From an uncultured Gammaproteobacteria bacterium (GTDB lineage: Bacteria > Patescibacteriota > Microgenomatia > JAMCZE01): 64,000 nt of DNA. Below, piece by piece: positions 9,928 to 20,376 of this stretch. Every line of letters begins with the position of its first letter. Position 1 is the stretch's first letter. Position numbers and translations under genes: made by a program. The notes beneath the pieces were generated by a model. That model was not told the DNA's origin. It made no database searches and saw only the letters and a program-made list of their open reading frames with translations. The stretch spans positions 107,302 to 171,301 of the forward strand of contig CAZNUP010000002.1 in NCBI GenBank assembly GCA_964576435.1, given 5' to 3'.

Positions 9928-9979
9928 AGTCTATATTATAGGATAATAAGTTAAGAAATTCAAAGCAATTATACTAACC

Positions 9980-10519
9980 TTATGGGCAATTTGGATTGGC
10001 TTGGTATGAACCGTCCTTTTGTCTGTAAAGGCCAAATTGACCTTCCTGACCTTTTTTATAGGCAGCTTCTAGAGCATGTTTGACTAATGACATACGTGAA
10101 CCCTTTTTGTCTTTAGGTACTTGAATGTCTAAAAGGTATTCAAGTGGCTTGTTGGTATCTACATCAATGCAAAACTCATAGGTTCCACTCAAGCTTTCCT
10201 TCTTTTGTTCAGAAGATTGGGGAGTAAAAATACCGGTGGAATAGATTGCGGCCAGTACAATTATTCCGGAAGCAACTAGAAGTGTGTTTCTAAGTGGAAA
10301 TCCAGATTCATAAATATATTTTTTGTATTCTTCTTTTTTCGGTCGGAATCTTTTTCGATATTCTGGGTGATATGATAACCATATAAAGTAAGCAGCATCG
10401 TCTTTTGATACTCTTTGAGAGCGCAAATTTTTAAAGATGGATTTGTCGGACTGGCCGCTGTCCCGGGCCTCTATAACGCTTGCTGCTGTTTCTTTGTCTA
10501 ACCTGGTGCCTTGTGACAT
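9980..10519 (-). CDS. Hypothetical single-TM protein
   Basis: 179-aa ORF with central TM. Confidence 0.6.
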   Translation of the reverse strand: MSQGTRLDKETAASVIEARDSGQSDKSIFKNLRSQRVSKDDAAYFIWLSYHPEYRKRFRPKKEEYKKYIYESGFPLRNTLLVASGIIVLAAIYSTGIFTPQSSEQKKESLSGTYEFCIDVDTNKPLEYLLDIQVPKDKKGSRMSLVKHALEAAYKKGQEGQFGLYRQKDGSYQANPNCP

Positions 10520-10560
10520 AATAAACCATTATATCTTATAGTATTAATATAATCAATTTT

Positions 10561-11208
10561 ATGATCAGAAGAAAGAAAACCTTACCGAGTTTTGAGTTTG
10601 AGATGTCTTTAGATGATGGTTTTGTGGTGATTGGGGTTGATGAAGTTGGTAGGGGTGCTTTGGCAGGGCCTGTTGTAGCTGGGGCGGTTTGCTTATTGGG
10701 TGACCGTGGTTTTTGGTTAAAACAGGGGATTGATGACTCAAAAAGATTATCAGCTATAAGGCGTGAAGAATTGTCTAAAATTATTTGGAAAAATGCAGCG
10801 TGTGGGATCGGAGGGGTGAGTGTTGCATATATAAATAGTCATGGAATTGTTAAGGCAACTGAGAAAGCAATGCGCCAAGCAATAAAAGCAGTGCAAGGAA
10901 AAATAGCTAGTAATCAAGGTCAATTTTTGCTTATTGATGCCTTTAATTTAATGTTTGTGCCTAAAATAGGACTCAAACAACAAAAAGCGATTATAAAAGG
11001 TGATCAGAAGTCGATATCTATTGCTGCTGCTTCAATAATTGCAAAAGTTTATAGGGACAAACTGATGGATGAGTTAGCTTATAAACAGACGAGGTATGGT
11101 TTAGATGGAAATAAAGGGTATGGCACGAAATTACATATAGAGGCTATCAAACATCATGGAGTTTCTAAAATTCACAGGAAACTTTTTGTCAGAGGTTTCA
11201 TTATTTGA
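10561..11208 (+). CDS. rnhB: Ribonuclease HII
   Basis: GVDEVGRGALAGPV, DSKRL, SIAAASIIAKV. Confidence 0.97.
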   Translation: MIRRKKTLPSFEFEMSLDDGFVVIGVDEVGRGALAGPVVAGAVCLLGDRGFWLKQGIDDSKRLSAIRREELSKIIWKNAACGIGGVSVAYINSHGIVKATEKAMRQAIKAVQGKIASNQGQFLLIDAFNLMFVPKIGLKQQKAIIKGDQKSISIAAASIIAKVYRDKLMDELAYKQTRYGLDGNKGYGTKLHIEAIKHHGVSKIHRKLFVRGFII

Positions 11209-11307
11209 CAAACATTGATATACTGTTTTTAGTGTTAAAAAAGCTTTTCGAGTTTGGTCTTTTGGGAAGATGGCCAAGCCTAGTTGGTTTGGATTGAGTT
11301 TATATTA

Positions 11308-11330
11308 ACTCCGCAAAAGCGGAGTTTTTT
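11308..11330 (+). terminator. Intrinsic terminator
   Basis: ACTCCGC-AAAA-GCGGAGT followed by a T run. Confidence 0.75.
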
Positions 11331-11379
11331 GTGGGTGGTTGAGTTTGACAAACCTATAGTTAGTTGATAGAATGAAATT

Positions 11380-12627
11380 ATGAGCTTAGTTACTAAAGAT
11401 AACGAGCGCGGCATCGGAGTTGAACCGGTTAATTCTGTTGTGCTGGAGGGCCTAACAGGTAGACAATATAAAAAATTGGGAATTACACTTTTGGCAATCA
11501 TTGCTGCAAGTTGTAGTAGTGCCCCCCGAACTACTAATGCTATGGAGCCGGATCGGGAATTGGGTATTTCAAATTCGCCAGCAGAGTTAGTTACGCAAAC
11601 TCCTGCAGCTCATTATGGGGTAGATTATTCTAATAAAAATTTGATGCCGGTTGTAGGAATACAGGTTCCTACTGGGTCTGCGTTGGAGACTGTCGTGGCA
11701 ATAGAAACTAGGGGCATACCCGGTTTACCTACTGCAACACCTGAATCTACAAAAACTCCAGAGCCTAGTGTGACACCATTTCCCACAGAGACAGTTGCTC
11801 CCACTGAAACAGATTTGCCTACTAATACGCCTACCTTAGAGGTGACAGCCACTGATGTGCCAACTGATACTGCTGTGGTAGTGGCATCTCCTACAGATGT
11901 TCCACAACCAACGGAGATAGCAACCGCAACAGATATTCCAACTGTAGTTTTAGAACCAACCGTGGTTTCAACTTCCACGCCCGATATTCCACCCACAGTG
12001 GTTTCTCCTGATGCAAAATTTGAAGCTATCGCAAATTCAGTGGAGATGAGATTTGCAAATCCAGATGATGCTGCAAAAGTAAGAAAAGCTATAGTAGAAA
12101 TAGGCAAAAAGGGACCTCATAAGGATTGGGTAGTTGATGATTTTGATCCTGAATTTCAAGCTAAATGGGCAGAAAATTTCCCAACTATTCCTCTTGAAAT
12201 CGCTGTTAAAACAATTAATGAAGATGTGATGAAACTTTTGGTTGGAAAAGACTCCGCTACTGGTGTGAAGTGGGTAAGTTATATTGGTGACAGAGTAACT
12301 TGTTCAGCAACTTGCTTTTCTATAGATTCTTCCAAAGGAATAAATTTCATCGAGATCGATAGATCTTATCTGGACGGAGCTAATATGAAGAAACCTGAAA
12401 TCGGGCTAGAAAGTGCTATCCAAAAGGAAACACAGGCTTTTCCAATCGTGTTTGGTCTATGGCGTCATAACTCTACATTAAGTGCAGAGCAACTTGGCAG
12501 GGCGGCTGATACTTTGGGGTTGATGCAGTCTTATTACTACATTTTGAATTACAGCCCTGAAGATACAGAAGCTGCAAACTTTTTAAGGCAGCGAGCTCTG
12601 GAAGGTGGATCACTTGCATCTAATTAA
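11380..12627 (+). CDS. Lipoprotein with Pro/Thr-rich stalk
   Basis: IAASC lipobox; PT repeats; consensus promoter at 11345-11373. Confidence 0.75.
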   Translation: MSLVTKDNERGIGVEPVNSVVLEGLTGRQYKKLGITLLAIIAASCSSAPRTTNAMEPDRELGISNSPAELVTQTPAAHYGVDYSNKNLMPVVGIQVPTGSALETVVAIETRGIPGLPTATPESTKTPEPSVTPFPTETVAPTETDLPTNTPTLEVTATDVPTDTAVVVASPTDVPQPTEIATATDIPTVVLEPTVVSTSTPDIPPTVVSPDAKFEAIANSVEMRFANPDDAAKVRKAIVEIGKKGPHKDWVVDDFDPEFQAKWAENFPTIPLEIAVKTINEDVMKLLVGKDSATGVKWVSYIGDRVTCSATCFSIDSSKGINFIEIDRSYLDGANMKKPEIGLESAIQKETQAFPIVFGLWRHNSTLSAEQLGRAADTLGLMQSYYYILNYSPEDTEAANFLRQRALEGGSLASN

Positions 12628-12694
12628 GTAACAATAGTCGAGTCTTCTCTTCCCCTAATTGCTTTAAGACATAACATCCAGTTATCATGATTGA

Positions 12695-13105
12695 ATGTCC
12701 AAGTTGGATTCTCGTCAAAAAAGAAAAAAAATAATAACTATTTGCTTAGTGCTTCTGTTATTGGCTGCTGGAGTGGTAATAAAATCTAAACCTCTTTTTT
12801 CTGATGTACCTAAGCAGGAGATTCGAGGTCCGAGAGGGCAAATAATAAACAATGGACTTAATATTTATGTCAGGGAACCAATTGATGGGGCGGTTGTAAT
12901 ACACAATCAGGTTGTTATAAGTGGGGAGATATCTGAACCGACCGATTTTAAGATTAACGGTAAGTCTTATAACACAAATGCGGCGGGTATTTTCAAAGAA
13001 ATTATTGAGCTAAGCCCTGGATTAAATTCTGTTGATATTGTTGCGTCTAAGGGTGGAAGGAGTGGTATTAAAAAAATGTCAATTACATACGAACCGATCA
13101 ATTGA
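12695..13105 (+). CDS. Membrane-anchored Ig-like domain protein
   Basis: TM followed by ISG...ING...F...L.PGLN.V pattern. Confidence 0.7.
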   Translation: MSKLDSRQKRKKIITICLVLLLLAAGVVIKSKPLFSDVPKQEIRGPRGQIINNGLNIYVREPIDGAVVIHNQVVISGEISEPTDFKINGKSYNTNAAGIFKEIIELSPGLNSVDIVASKGGRSGIKKMSITYEPIN

Positions 13106-13146
13106 CTTGATTCTCAAGACTAATGTGAACTATATTTAAAAGACAG

Positions 13147-15171
13147 GTGAAAAAATATTTTTTTGGTTTTGCTATTTTTATAGCAATTAATATTATTGGG
13201 GCTATTATTGTTCAAAACTTTAATGTTGCTTATGCTGGGTGTGAGCCTAGGGAGTGTTCGAGCGCCAGTCAATGTGGTGGAGGTGGGTGGAAATGCCAAT
13301 CTTTTTGTTGTGTACCACCTGCTCCGTCTGGTGGTGGTGGGGGAACAGCTAGTCTTCCTCCATCGACATCGGGTACTCAGCCCAATGTTCCACAGACTAA
13401 TGCATGTCAAGGGTGTGGATGTTGTAATAATTCTGGAACAGGATGTGCTGCGTGTGCTGGTGGGGGACCTGGGATAATTAGAAGAATTGTACATATTAAC
13501 TATCCTGGCCCAAGTGGTGCCTTTACAATTGGAGATTCGCCGGCGTGTGGTAATTATATTTTTGATTATGGATTTTCTGTTAATATGCCAGGTGCAACTG
13601 TGGAAGGGGGATGCGGGACATATACAATTACGGTTGCGACTCCTCCTGTTGGAGAAACGATTAATTGGAATTTCACAGTTACAGCTCCTTCAGGATATGA
13701 ATTTCCTACAGTTAATGCATATAGTGATAACTTTGGAACCCCGTTTGGAACCAGGAACTATCAAGATACTTCGACTGTAAACTACACATATAGTACTATT
13801 CAGGATGGTAATACATCTTTTGTTTTATATTTACCAACATTTGTTTGTAAGAACACTAAGACGAAAGTGTATTACAAAACATCAAGTACAAGTACTAATT
13901 GGACGGAAGTAACTTCCAATGATCAAGTAGTTGTGGACCCAAATGGTTCACCGATTTTTGTTGCAGCAACAGTGACAAATTCAAGTAACCAAAATTTACA
14001 TCCCACTGATATTGCTGACTATATCAATGGGAATATATCCATTGTCAGAGACGCTTCAACACCTGTTTCAGGACTTACAAATATTAATGCAGATACAAGC
14101 TATTTGTGGGAATATAATTTTACGGGTCCACGAACTTATCGAGCAGTTTTTACCAAAGCATCAAATAATCATCCATGGTGTTCATCTTCTAGTTTTAGAT
14201 TTATTCTAAGCCCAGCTGTAGTATCTCCAAGTCCAAGTCCAAGTCCTTCCCCAAGTCCAAGTCCTTTGCCAACTCCTTCTTCCGTAAATACAAGTTATTT
14301 CAAAACCTTTGGGGGTGGAGTGGTTGCTGCTGGCATAACTGGTAAGGTGGTTGATGCTAAATTGCCATTTATTACGGATTTTATTTCGGCCAATTTATCA
14401 GGAGCACAAACGACAAGTGCTGGGCCAGTTTCTGCTAAATCCGATATTCAGAGTGGTACTGGAAAATTTTCTCAGCAACCAAATGGCAGCTTATCTAAAG
14501 GGTGGAATCTTCTTGGATATCAGACTGGGAGCTCGGCTCTTGGTGGGGGCGACTATGTGAAATTCAAGGAATCATTTTTCAAACTTGGTAATGTCTCAGA
14601 CATTAACTATTGTGACACAACTGGTCCACTTTCTGGGGGTCAAACATTTAAAGTCTTCTGTTACACAAATGGAGGTACAAGTTTACGCGCCACAATTAGC
14701 AATGCTTTAACTGATTCATCAGGGGCGCAATTTGTTGTTTTGTTGCCTGATCCACTGATGACTAATTTTAGTACTGCAAGCCTTGGTGTTCCTGTTGGCG
14801 GAGTTAACGGTAAGCACCTCTTAGCTTTTTTACCTATGGGTTTAACAATCACCAACGACGTGTTGGTTAGTTCTTCAACTAATTCTACGGCAACATTTAT
14901 CGTAGATGGAAATATTGATGTTGCTCCTTCTGTTGGAGTAGTGGATGGGGCTTATTTACTTAGTGGGAACTTTAATACGGGAATTAACACGTCAGCGGTT
15001 ACAGGTCGAGGAATGGTATTTGCCATTAGTGATAGCTCACAAATAAACTTCCAGAGAAGTCCAACTAACGCTATTGGTGAGAGTTGGTTATATGAACCCA
15101 AATATTTGTCTGTTTTGTCAAGAATGCTTACCAAACCTGCAGTCCAGTGGAGTGAGCTTGCTCCTAAATAA
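13147..15171 (+). CDS. Large secreted surface protein with Cys-rich N-terminus, PS repeat and beta-helix-like C-terminus
   Basis: 674-aa ORF with signal peptide and SPSPSPSP linker. Confidence 0.75.
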   Translation: MKKYFFGFAIFIAINIIGAIIVQNFNVAYAGCEPRECSSASQCGGGGWKCQSFCCVPPAPSGGGGGTASLPPSTSGTQPNVPQTNACQGCGCCNNSGTGCAACAGGGPGIIRRIVHINYPGPSGAFTIGDSPACGNYIFDYGFSVNMPGATVEGGCGTYTITVATPPVGETINWNFTVTAPSGYEFPTVNAYSDNFGTPFGTRNYQDTSTVNYTYSTIQDGNTSFVLYLPTFVCKNTKTKVYYKTSSTSTNWTEVTSNDQVVVDPNGSPIFVAATVTNSSNQNLHPTDIADYINGNISIVRDASTPVSGLTNINADTSYLWEYNFTGPRTYRAVFTKASNNHPWCSSSSFRFILSPAVVSPSPSPSPSPSPSPLPTPSSVNTSYFKTFGGGVVAAGITGKVVDAKLPFITDFISANLSGAQTTSAGPVSAKSDIQSGTGKFSQQPNGSLSKGWNLLGYQTGSSALGGGDYVKFKESFFKLGNVSDINYCDTTGPLSGGQTFKVFCYTNGGTSLRATISNALTDSSGAQFVVLLPDPLMTNFSTASLGVPVGGVNGKHLLAFLPMGLTITNDVLVSSSTNSTATFIVDGNIDVAPSVGVVDGAYLLSGNFNTGINTSAVTGRGMVFAISDSSQINFQRSPTNAIGESWLYEPKYLSVLSRMLTKPAVQWSELAPK

Positions 15172-15225
15172 AATGGGTGTTTCAGGTTGTTGCAATTTAT
15201 TTAGATTTTGATTTAAACTTCAAGT

Positions 15226-16524
15226 ATGGCCTTTGGAAAAAGACAGATAATTGCGGCTTTTTTAGAAAAAGATAATGTCAAACTTCTTGCGTTTGAAATC
15301 TCTGGTAAAAGTGTATCAAGAATTTTTGGAGGCCAGGTAAGTTTTGGAGAAGATACTTTAAGAGATGCTTTTATTGCCGATCCAGTTAAGTTTTCTACTC
15401 AAGTTAAGGGGGTTCTAGCTCAAAAACCGCCACTATCAGAAATAACTGAAGGATATCTATTTTTGCATCCTGATAAGACTTTCATTAAAGCTTTACCACC
15501 AGCTGAATCAGTTGATGCGTTTGTTAGGTCATTACCTTTTTTCAAAGAAGAATTAGTTATTCAGGAACCGGCAGTTCAAACTGGAGCTCCTGTTTCAGGT
15601 CAAGTTAATTATGTGGCTTTTGAAAAAAAGCTAGTTGAAGATTTTGAGAGACCATTTCTTGAATCTGGGAAAAAGATTTTAACTGTTAATTCGGCAGTTA
15701 GCCTTCTTGTTAAGAAGTTTCCGCAGACAGGAAGGTATCTTTTGGTTTTGCCATTTGAGAAGGATGTTTGTGTTGCGGCTTGTCAGGACGGAGTAATCTT
15801 GGACATTGCAACATTTCCAAAAGATGTGTGGGTGGGAAGACTTAATGAATTTAGAATGGGGAAGGGTTTTTCAGATATATCCAATGTGTTTGTAGTAGGA
15901 GCTTTGGAAATGGGTGCGGGGGATAAATTGCGAAATGAGCAACACTTAAACGTTACTGAAAATATTCCAGGAGATGTTTACGACCTGTCAGTTCAATCTG
16001 TGCTTTTGGGAACTGGTGCAACACCAAGTGCTACTGGTTCAGGTCCAAAATTTCAGATGCCAAAGATTCCTGGTGGAAAATTTGTGTTTCTGATTTTGGC
16101 AGCGATCATTGGTTTTGTTTTAGCGTTTCTTATTCTTAAGAGTCTGCTTGGTGGAAAGATTCCAGGTACGCCGATTGGTCAAACGCCAAGTCCAACACCA
16201 AGCATGCAAGAACCAACTCCATCTCCTACACCAGAAGCAAAGCCTGCCGACTTTAAGGTGATAGTTTTAAATGGAACTACAGTTCCTGGAGAGGCAGGAG
16301 CCCTTGGAGAGACTTTGACTGGACTTGGGTATGATGTTATTGAAACTGCAAACGCAACAACGTCGGGATTTGTGGCAACGAGATTGAGAGTTACGCAAGA
16401 TGTTCCAGAAAGCATAATTACACAGCTTAAAGAAACTATTCTTGAGACATACAAAGAAGTGACGCAAGAAGAACTTACTGACAGTGATGCGCAGGTTGAG
16501 ATAATTATTGGAGAGAAGAAATAG
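15226..16524 (+). CDS. PilM/actin-like N-domain, TM and LytR_C domain protein
   Basis: C-terminal VIVLNGTTVPGEAG...IIIG (LytR_C); N-domain assignment tentative. Confidence 0.7.
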   Translation: MAFGKRQIIAAFLEKDNVKLLAFEISGKSVSRIFGGQVSFGEDTLRDAFIADPVKFSTQVKGVLAQKPPLSEITEGYLFLHPDKTFIKALPPAESVDAFVRSLPFFKEELVIQEPAVQTGAPVSGQVNYVAFEKKLVEDFERPFLESGKKILTVNSAVSLLVKKFPQTGRYLLVLPFEKDVCVAACQDGVILDIATFPKDVWVGRLNEFRMGKGFSDISNVFVVGALEMGAGDKLRNEQHLNVTENIPGDVYDLSVQSVLLGTGATPSATGSGPKFQMPKIPGGKFVFLILAAIIGFVLAFLILKSLLGGKIPGTPIGQTPSPTPSMQEPTPSPTPEAKPADFKVIVLNGTTVPGEAGALGETLTGLGYDVIETANATTSGFVATRLRVTQDVPESIITQLKETILETYKEVTQEELTDSDAQVEIIIGEKK

Positions 16525-16551
16525 TTTGCTTCTAGTTAAATTTGATCCATC

Positions 16552-16582
16552 AAAAAACCCCAGGCTTCCCTGAGGTTTTTTG
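16552..16582. terminator. Bidirectional terminator
   Basis: AAAAAACCCCAGG...CCTGAGGTTTTTT between convergent genes. Confidence 0.7.
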
Positions 16583-16600
16583 TTTTTCTAAGGTCTAGAT

Positions 16601-17413
16601 TTAGAAATTAGAATTTTGTGCAAAGTAGGCTTTTGGAAGCAAATTGAAATCTGCTCCATTTGCTACATAAACATACCCTGGTTTGGAAGTAATTGGGTTA
16701 TTAGCCCCTATTTTCCTCCAGTTAGTTTGAATGTTTGGTTTGTTTGTTTCTTTTGGATAGAAACATTGTAAAACCTTAGCTTTTCTATCTTCATCTGCGC
16801 CAATGAAATAGACATAGTCAGCACCTTCTCTAAGTTTTGGTTGTCCAGCGATCCAGTGAGTTCCTGTTGGATGACTCACATCGGGAGTTTTACCATCCCA
16901 TCTTTTTCCTGGTGCATTAAGCGCAGCACCTGGAGTTGGGCATGGGGCATAACCATCATCACAGTCACTTCCTGTGTAAGCAAAACCCCAGAAAGCGCCT
17001 TGAGTTGATCCATCAGTTAAATCTTTAACGTGGAAATCGACTTGTGCTGTTCCGCAGTCTTCTCTAGGAGTGTTTTGTGAAAGGGTTCTTGTAATTGACT
17101 CCTTGGGTTTAAGTGTCAATTTTTCAGTTCCTGATTTTTGGTTATTTCTGTTATTGCTGCATGGTTTTGCAACTTCACCGTAATCGCAAGTAAAAGCACC
17201 TTTTCCGATTTCGATATTTTTATTCACAGAACTTGTGTTCTTTACTTTGATTGTGGTTTCTGCCACGGTACCGATGTAACCAGAAAGGGTGGGGTAGCCG
17301 TTTTTGAGTCCGCTCCATTCGACCTTAATGTCACTTGCGGCGGAAACTTGTGAAGCTCCAAAAGTTAATGCTATAGCAAAAACAGTTAGTGTTAAGAGTG
17401 ATTTTTTAAACAT
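16601..17413 (-). CDS. Secreted hypothetical protein
   Basis: Signal peptide; AGGAGG Shine-Dalgarno. Confidence 0.75.
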   Translation of the reverse strand: MFKKSLLTLTVFAIALTFGASQVSAASDIKVEWSGLKNGYPTLSGYIGTVAETTIKVKNTSSVNKNIEIGKGAFTCDYGEVAKPCSNNRNNQKSGTEKLTLKPKESITRTLSQNTPREDCGTAQVDFHVKDLTDGSTQGAFWGFAYTGSDCDDGYAPCPTPGAALNAPGKRWDGKTPDVSHPTGTHWIAGQPKLREGADYVYFIGADEDRKAKVLQCFYPKETNKPNIQTNWRKIGANNPITSKPGYVYVANGADFNLLPKAYFAQNSNF

Positions 17414-17515
17414 TAATTTTCACCTCCTAAACGTATTGGATTTTGTTAGTGTATAACAATGGATCTAATTATATCATATATTGAGTTGTTTTTTGCTTGT
17501 AGATATACTGAAATT

Positions 17516-18067
17516 ATGGATATTCCACTGTCTGCATATTTAATGATGGACCTTAGAGGCTATACAAAATTTTTGATGCATGAAGATTTAAAAAATGTGC
17601 TTAGCAACGTGCATACTTACTACACAGAATTTGATAAGTGCGTGGAAAGAGGAGGGGGAGTGTTTTGTTCAGTGCTTGGTGATGCGGTGGGTGCAGTATT
17701 TCATGGAGAAGGTTGTGCTGATCGCGCTCTTAGAGCGGCTGGTGAGACCCTAGAGAGACTTAGGGAAATAGAATTTAGGTTTAAGGCAAATGCGGGGATA
17801 GATGTTGGACAAGTCATTGTAGATGGTTACAAATATTCGAAAGCTGAATTTATTTACCCTGTAGGAAAACCCGTTGTAATTGCATACAGACTTGAAGATT
17901 TAGCAGCTGACGTGGGAAGCGATGTGTTAATTACTGAGACTACGCTTGGAAAGTTGTCTGAAAAATTTAAGAAAAAATTTATTTCTGTGGGTGCTTTTCC
18001 AATAAAAGGCGTTGACGGAAATATTAATGTGTGGGGTGCTCAAGCAAGTGCTTTGATAACGGCCTAA
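17516..18067 (+). CDS. Class III nucleotidyl cyclase domain protein
   Basis: MDLRGYT, LGDAV, GIDVG, AYRLE, IKGV. Confidence 0.85.
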   Translation: MDIPLSAYLMMDLRGYTKFLMHEDLKNVLSNVHTYYTEFDKCVERGGGVFCSVLGDAVGAVFHGEGCADRALRAAGETLERLREIEFRFKANAGIDVGQVIVDGYKYSKAEFIYPVGKPVVIAYRLEDLAADVGSDVLITETTLGKLSEKFKKKFISVGAFPIKGVDGNINVWGAQASALITA

Positions 18068-18070
18068 ATT

Positions 18071-18619
18071 TTAAGAAGTCCAGTTAGCGACATTCCACCA
18101 ATTTTTTATATAGTCAGCGCGAACGTTTTTGTATTTTAAATAGTAGGCGTGCTCCCAAACGTCTAAACCTGTAATTATGGACACTTTTGGATTTCTCATT
18201 AGCGGATTGTCCTGATTGGGAGTTGTTTCAATTTTAATTACACCATCTTCTTCAATTAACCATGCCCACCCGGAACCAAAAATACTTAGAGCTGCTGCAT
18301 TAAATGGTTCAATAAATTCTTGATATTTTTGTGGAACTTCCTCTTTGGCGGGGGACATTAAAGTCCAAAATAGGGAATGATTAAAGTGTCCGCCGGCATT
18401 GTTTCTGACTTTTTGTCTTATGTCTTCTGGAACTTGATCAAGACTTGTTACAAGTTTTGAAATATCCATATTTAAAAGCGTGTCGTTCCCAGCTAGTAGT
18501 TTATTTAGATTATCTACATAAGTTTGGTGATGTTTGTCGTGATGGAGATGCATAGTTTCTTCATCAATCCATGGTTCTAAAGCGTTATATGCGTAGGGAA
18601 GTGGGGGAAGAGTAAACAT
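18071..18619 (-). CDS. sodA: Fe/Mn superoxide dismutase
   Basis: HHDKHH, GHFNH, DVWEHAYY. Confidence 0.95.
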   Translation of the reverse strand: MFTLPPLPYAYNALEPWIDEETMHLHHDKHHQTYVDNLNKLLAGNDTLLNMDISKLVTSLDQVPEDIRQKVRNNAGGHFNHSLFWTLMSPAKEEVPQKYQEFIEPFNAAALSIFGSGWAWLIEEDGVIKIETTPNQDNPLMRNPKVSIITGLDVWEHAYYLKYKNVRADYIKNWWNVANWTS

Positions 18620-18666
18620 GGTTTTAATATAGTACTTTTTAAACCTCAGTCAAGTGTGTTGTTGGT

Positions 18667-19254
18667 TTACTTCTTAATAAATTTGTCGTCACGGTCTGTG
18701 TAGTAACCATTTCTTTTTGTTAAATCTTTCATTTGTTCTTCTAGCCAATCTGAAAAGTCTGAGAGATTTAGGGAGTTTTTATTTAGTGACTTTTTTAGTT
18801 CCTCAGATGGGCTACCGGGATTGATTAATCTTCTTGCTACGACTATATCAAAGTTGTCGCCCACACTACGTTTTAGCTGGTCGCCTTTTTTTGCCATGTC
18901 TGTTAGGTCTAGCCTTTTGTGATTGTAAAATTCTTCAGTTCCGTGCGTTTGTTTTCCAATATCGATTCCGGTTACTTTTGCGCCATAGTATGAGGCTGCT
19001 AGGGCAAATGCTGGTAAGGCCTCCTGTTCAAAAATAAAAGCAGTATCAGCAGTATCTGTCCCACCACAACCTATATCAAGGATTTTTTTATTTTTTATTT
19101 TTGATAGAGAACCATTACCGCCATTTAACTGATCAATTGATTGAAGTGTATTAATTGCAGCCAACCAATTGGAAAATGGAATCTCCAAATCTTCGTAAAT
19201 ATTTGGGATTTCCAAGAAATTTCCAATATCGTCGGACAAGCTAATTTCTGGCAT
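18667..19254 (-). CDS. Class I SAM-dependent methyltransferase-like protein
   Basis: ILDIGCG, VTGIDI, FDIV. Confidence 0.75.
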   Translation of the reverse strand: MPEISLSDDIGNFLEIPNIYEDLEIPFSNWLAAINTLQSIDQLNGGNGSLSKIKNKKILDIGCGGTDTADTAFIFEQEALPAFALAASYYGAKVTGIDIGKQTHGTEEFYNHKRLDLTDMAKKGDQLKRSVGDNFDIVVARRLINPGSPSEELKKSLNKNSLNLSDFSDWLEEQMKDLTKRNGYYTDRDDKFIKK

Positions 19255-19301
19255 ACGGTCAAAGTATATATGTTCATCTAAAAATTTGATACGATAAATT
19301 T

Positions 19302-19847
19302 ATGTCTGCCCAAAAAGGATTTACTAAGATCGAGATTTTGATTGTGATTCTACTTGTTGGTGTTTTGATTGGAGTTTTAGTTTATGGATCTGGGACAATT
19401 CAAAAGAGACTTGGCGATGATCAACGGGTGAGATTTATGAAGGAGATTACAGTAGCTTTAGAAACTTATAGGGATGAGTTTGGGCATTATCCATATACAG
19501 GAGACAAGATTCCTAGTGGGACTGTAGTCTCTGGCAATGATAGTTTTAAGTCAATGATGACCGCTCTTGGTCAGGGGGGATTTTTGGAGGTGTCTAAACT
19601 TGTGGATCCCTCTTATGGGTCACTTTTTACGGAATTTGATGGGGTTGACTCATACGGGGATGGAGCCAAATTTAGTGAAGCAAATGGGCGATGTGATGGA
19701 AACAACGTGCTTGTTCAGAAGGTAAATAAGGGAGATGTTTTTTACGCATACTTTAGTCCTGACGGAAGAACTTATGTGATGTGTGTTGGTAAGGAAAATG
19801 GGGAAACTGGCGTATTTGTGAGTCCAAAATTTGACAAGCTTAATTAA
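19302..19847 (+). CDS. Type IV pilin / GspG-like prepilin
   Basis: KG|FTKIEILIV cleavage motif; ALETY...G.YP. Confidence 0.85.
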   Translation: MSAQKGFTKIEILIVILLVGVLIGVLVYGSGTIQKRLGDDQRVRFMKEITVALETYRDEFGHYPYTGDKIPSGTVVSGNDSFKSMMTALGQGGFLEVSKLVDPSYGSLFTEFDGVDSYGDGAKFSEANGRCDGNNVLVQKVNKGDVFYAYFSPDGRTYVMCVGKENGETGVFVSPKFDKLN

Positions 19848-19865
19848 ATTTTAGAAACTGGATAT

Positions 19866-20216
19866 ATGAAGATTGTTAGTTTGCTTTCGATGGTAATGAT
19901 TGTTGGGATTTTAGGGATGGCTGTGTTTTTTGTATCTAATAGACAGACCAGTGTTGGACTGAATGTTAAGGCGTCTCCGAGCGTAACTATTACAGGAACA
20001 GTTGTTTCAAGTGATCCACAAGGGTGCGCGAAGAATTTTTACCTTGGGTGCTATGTGTTATTTGCTTCTAAGGGAGAGAAATATTTCTTAGTTGAAGAAT
20101 CGGTGCCTGTTAATTTGTCCACGTTGGTTGGTAAAGAGGTTCAACTTACGGGGAAGGTCGCTGCACTTAAGGGTAGGGATGTGTTGATGGTTGGATCGGT
20201 GAAGTCTGTCCGCTAA
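19866..20216 (+). CDS. Secreted OB-fold-like hypothetical protein
   Basis: Signal/TM; TITG...GKEVQLTG. Confidence 0.6.
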   Translation: MKIVSLLSMVMIVGILGMAVFFVSNRQTSVGLNVKASPSVTITGTVVSSDPQGCAKNFYLGCYVLFASKGEKYFLVEESVPVNLSTLVGKEVQLTGKVAALKGRDVLMVGSVKSVR

Positions 20217-20376
20217 CTTAACTGTTTGTAGTTTACTTTTCTGCTGACTAAATAGCTCTTCCACTAATTCCGTGCTAATAGCTTATCGACATAGTAAAAA
20301 AGTTTTATGGACTTTTATTTCTAAAACTAAAGTTCTATTATTGTAATTAGAAAATATGTTTCTGAGGAGGTGAATT

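Noticed and set aside
14225-14265. CCAAGT tandem repeats, and ACT/CCA repeats near 11730-12000
   Set aside because: They encode Pro-Ser/Pro-Thr linkers; no spacers, so not CRISPR. No CRISPR array or cas gene was seen in the window.
20225-20300. Possible riboswitch upstream of the cupin gene
   Set aside because: Weak pairing and no recognisable aptamer consensus.
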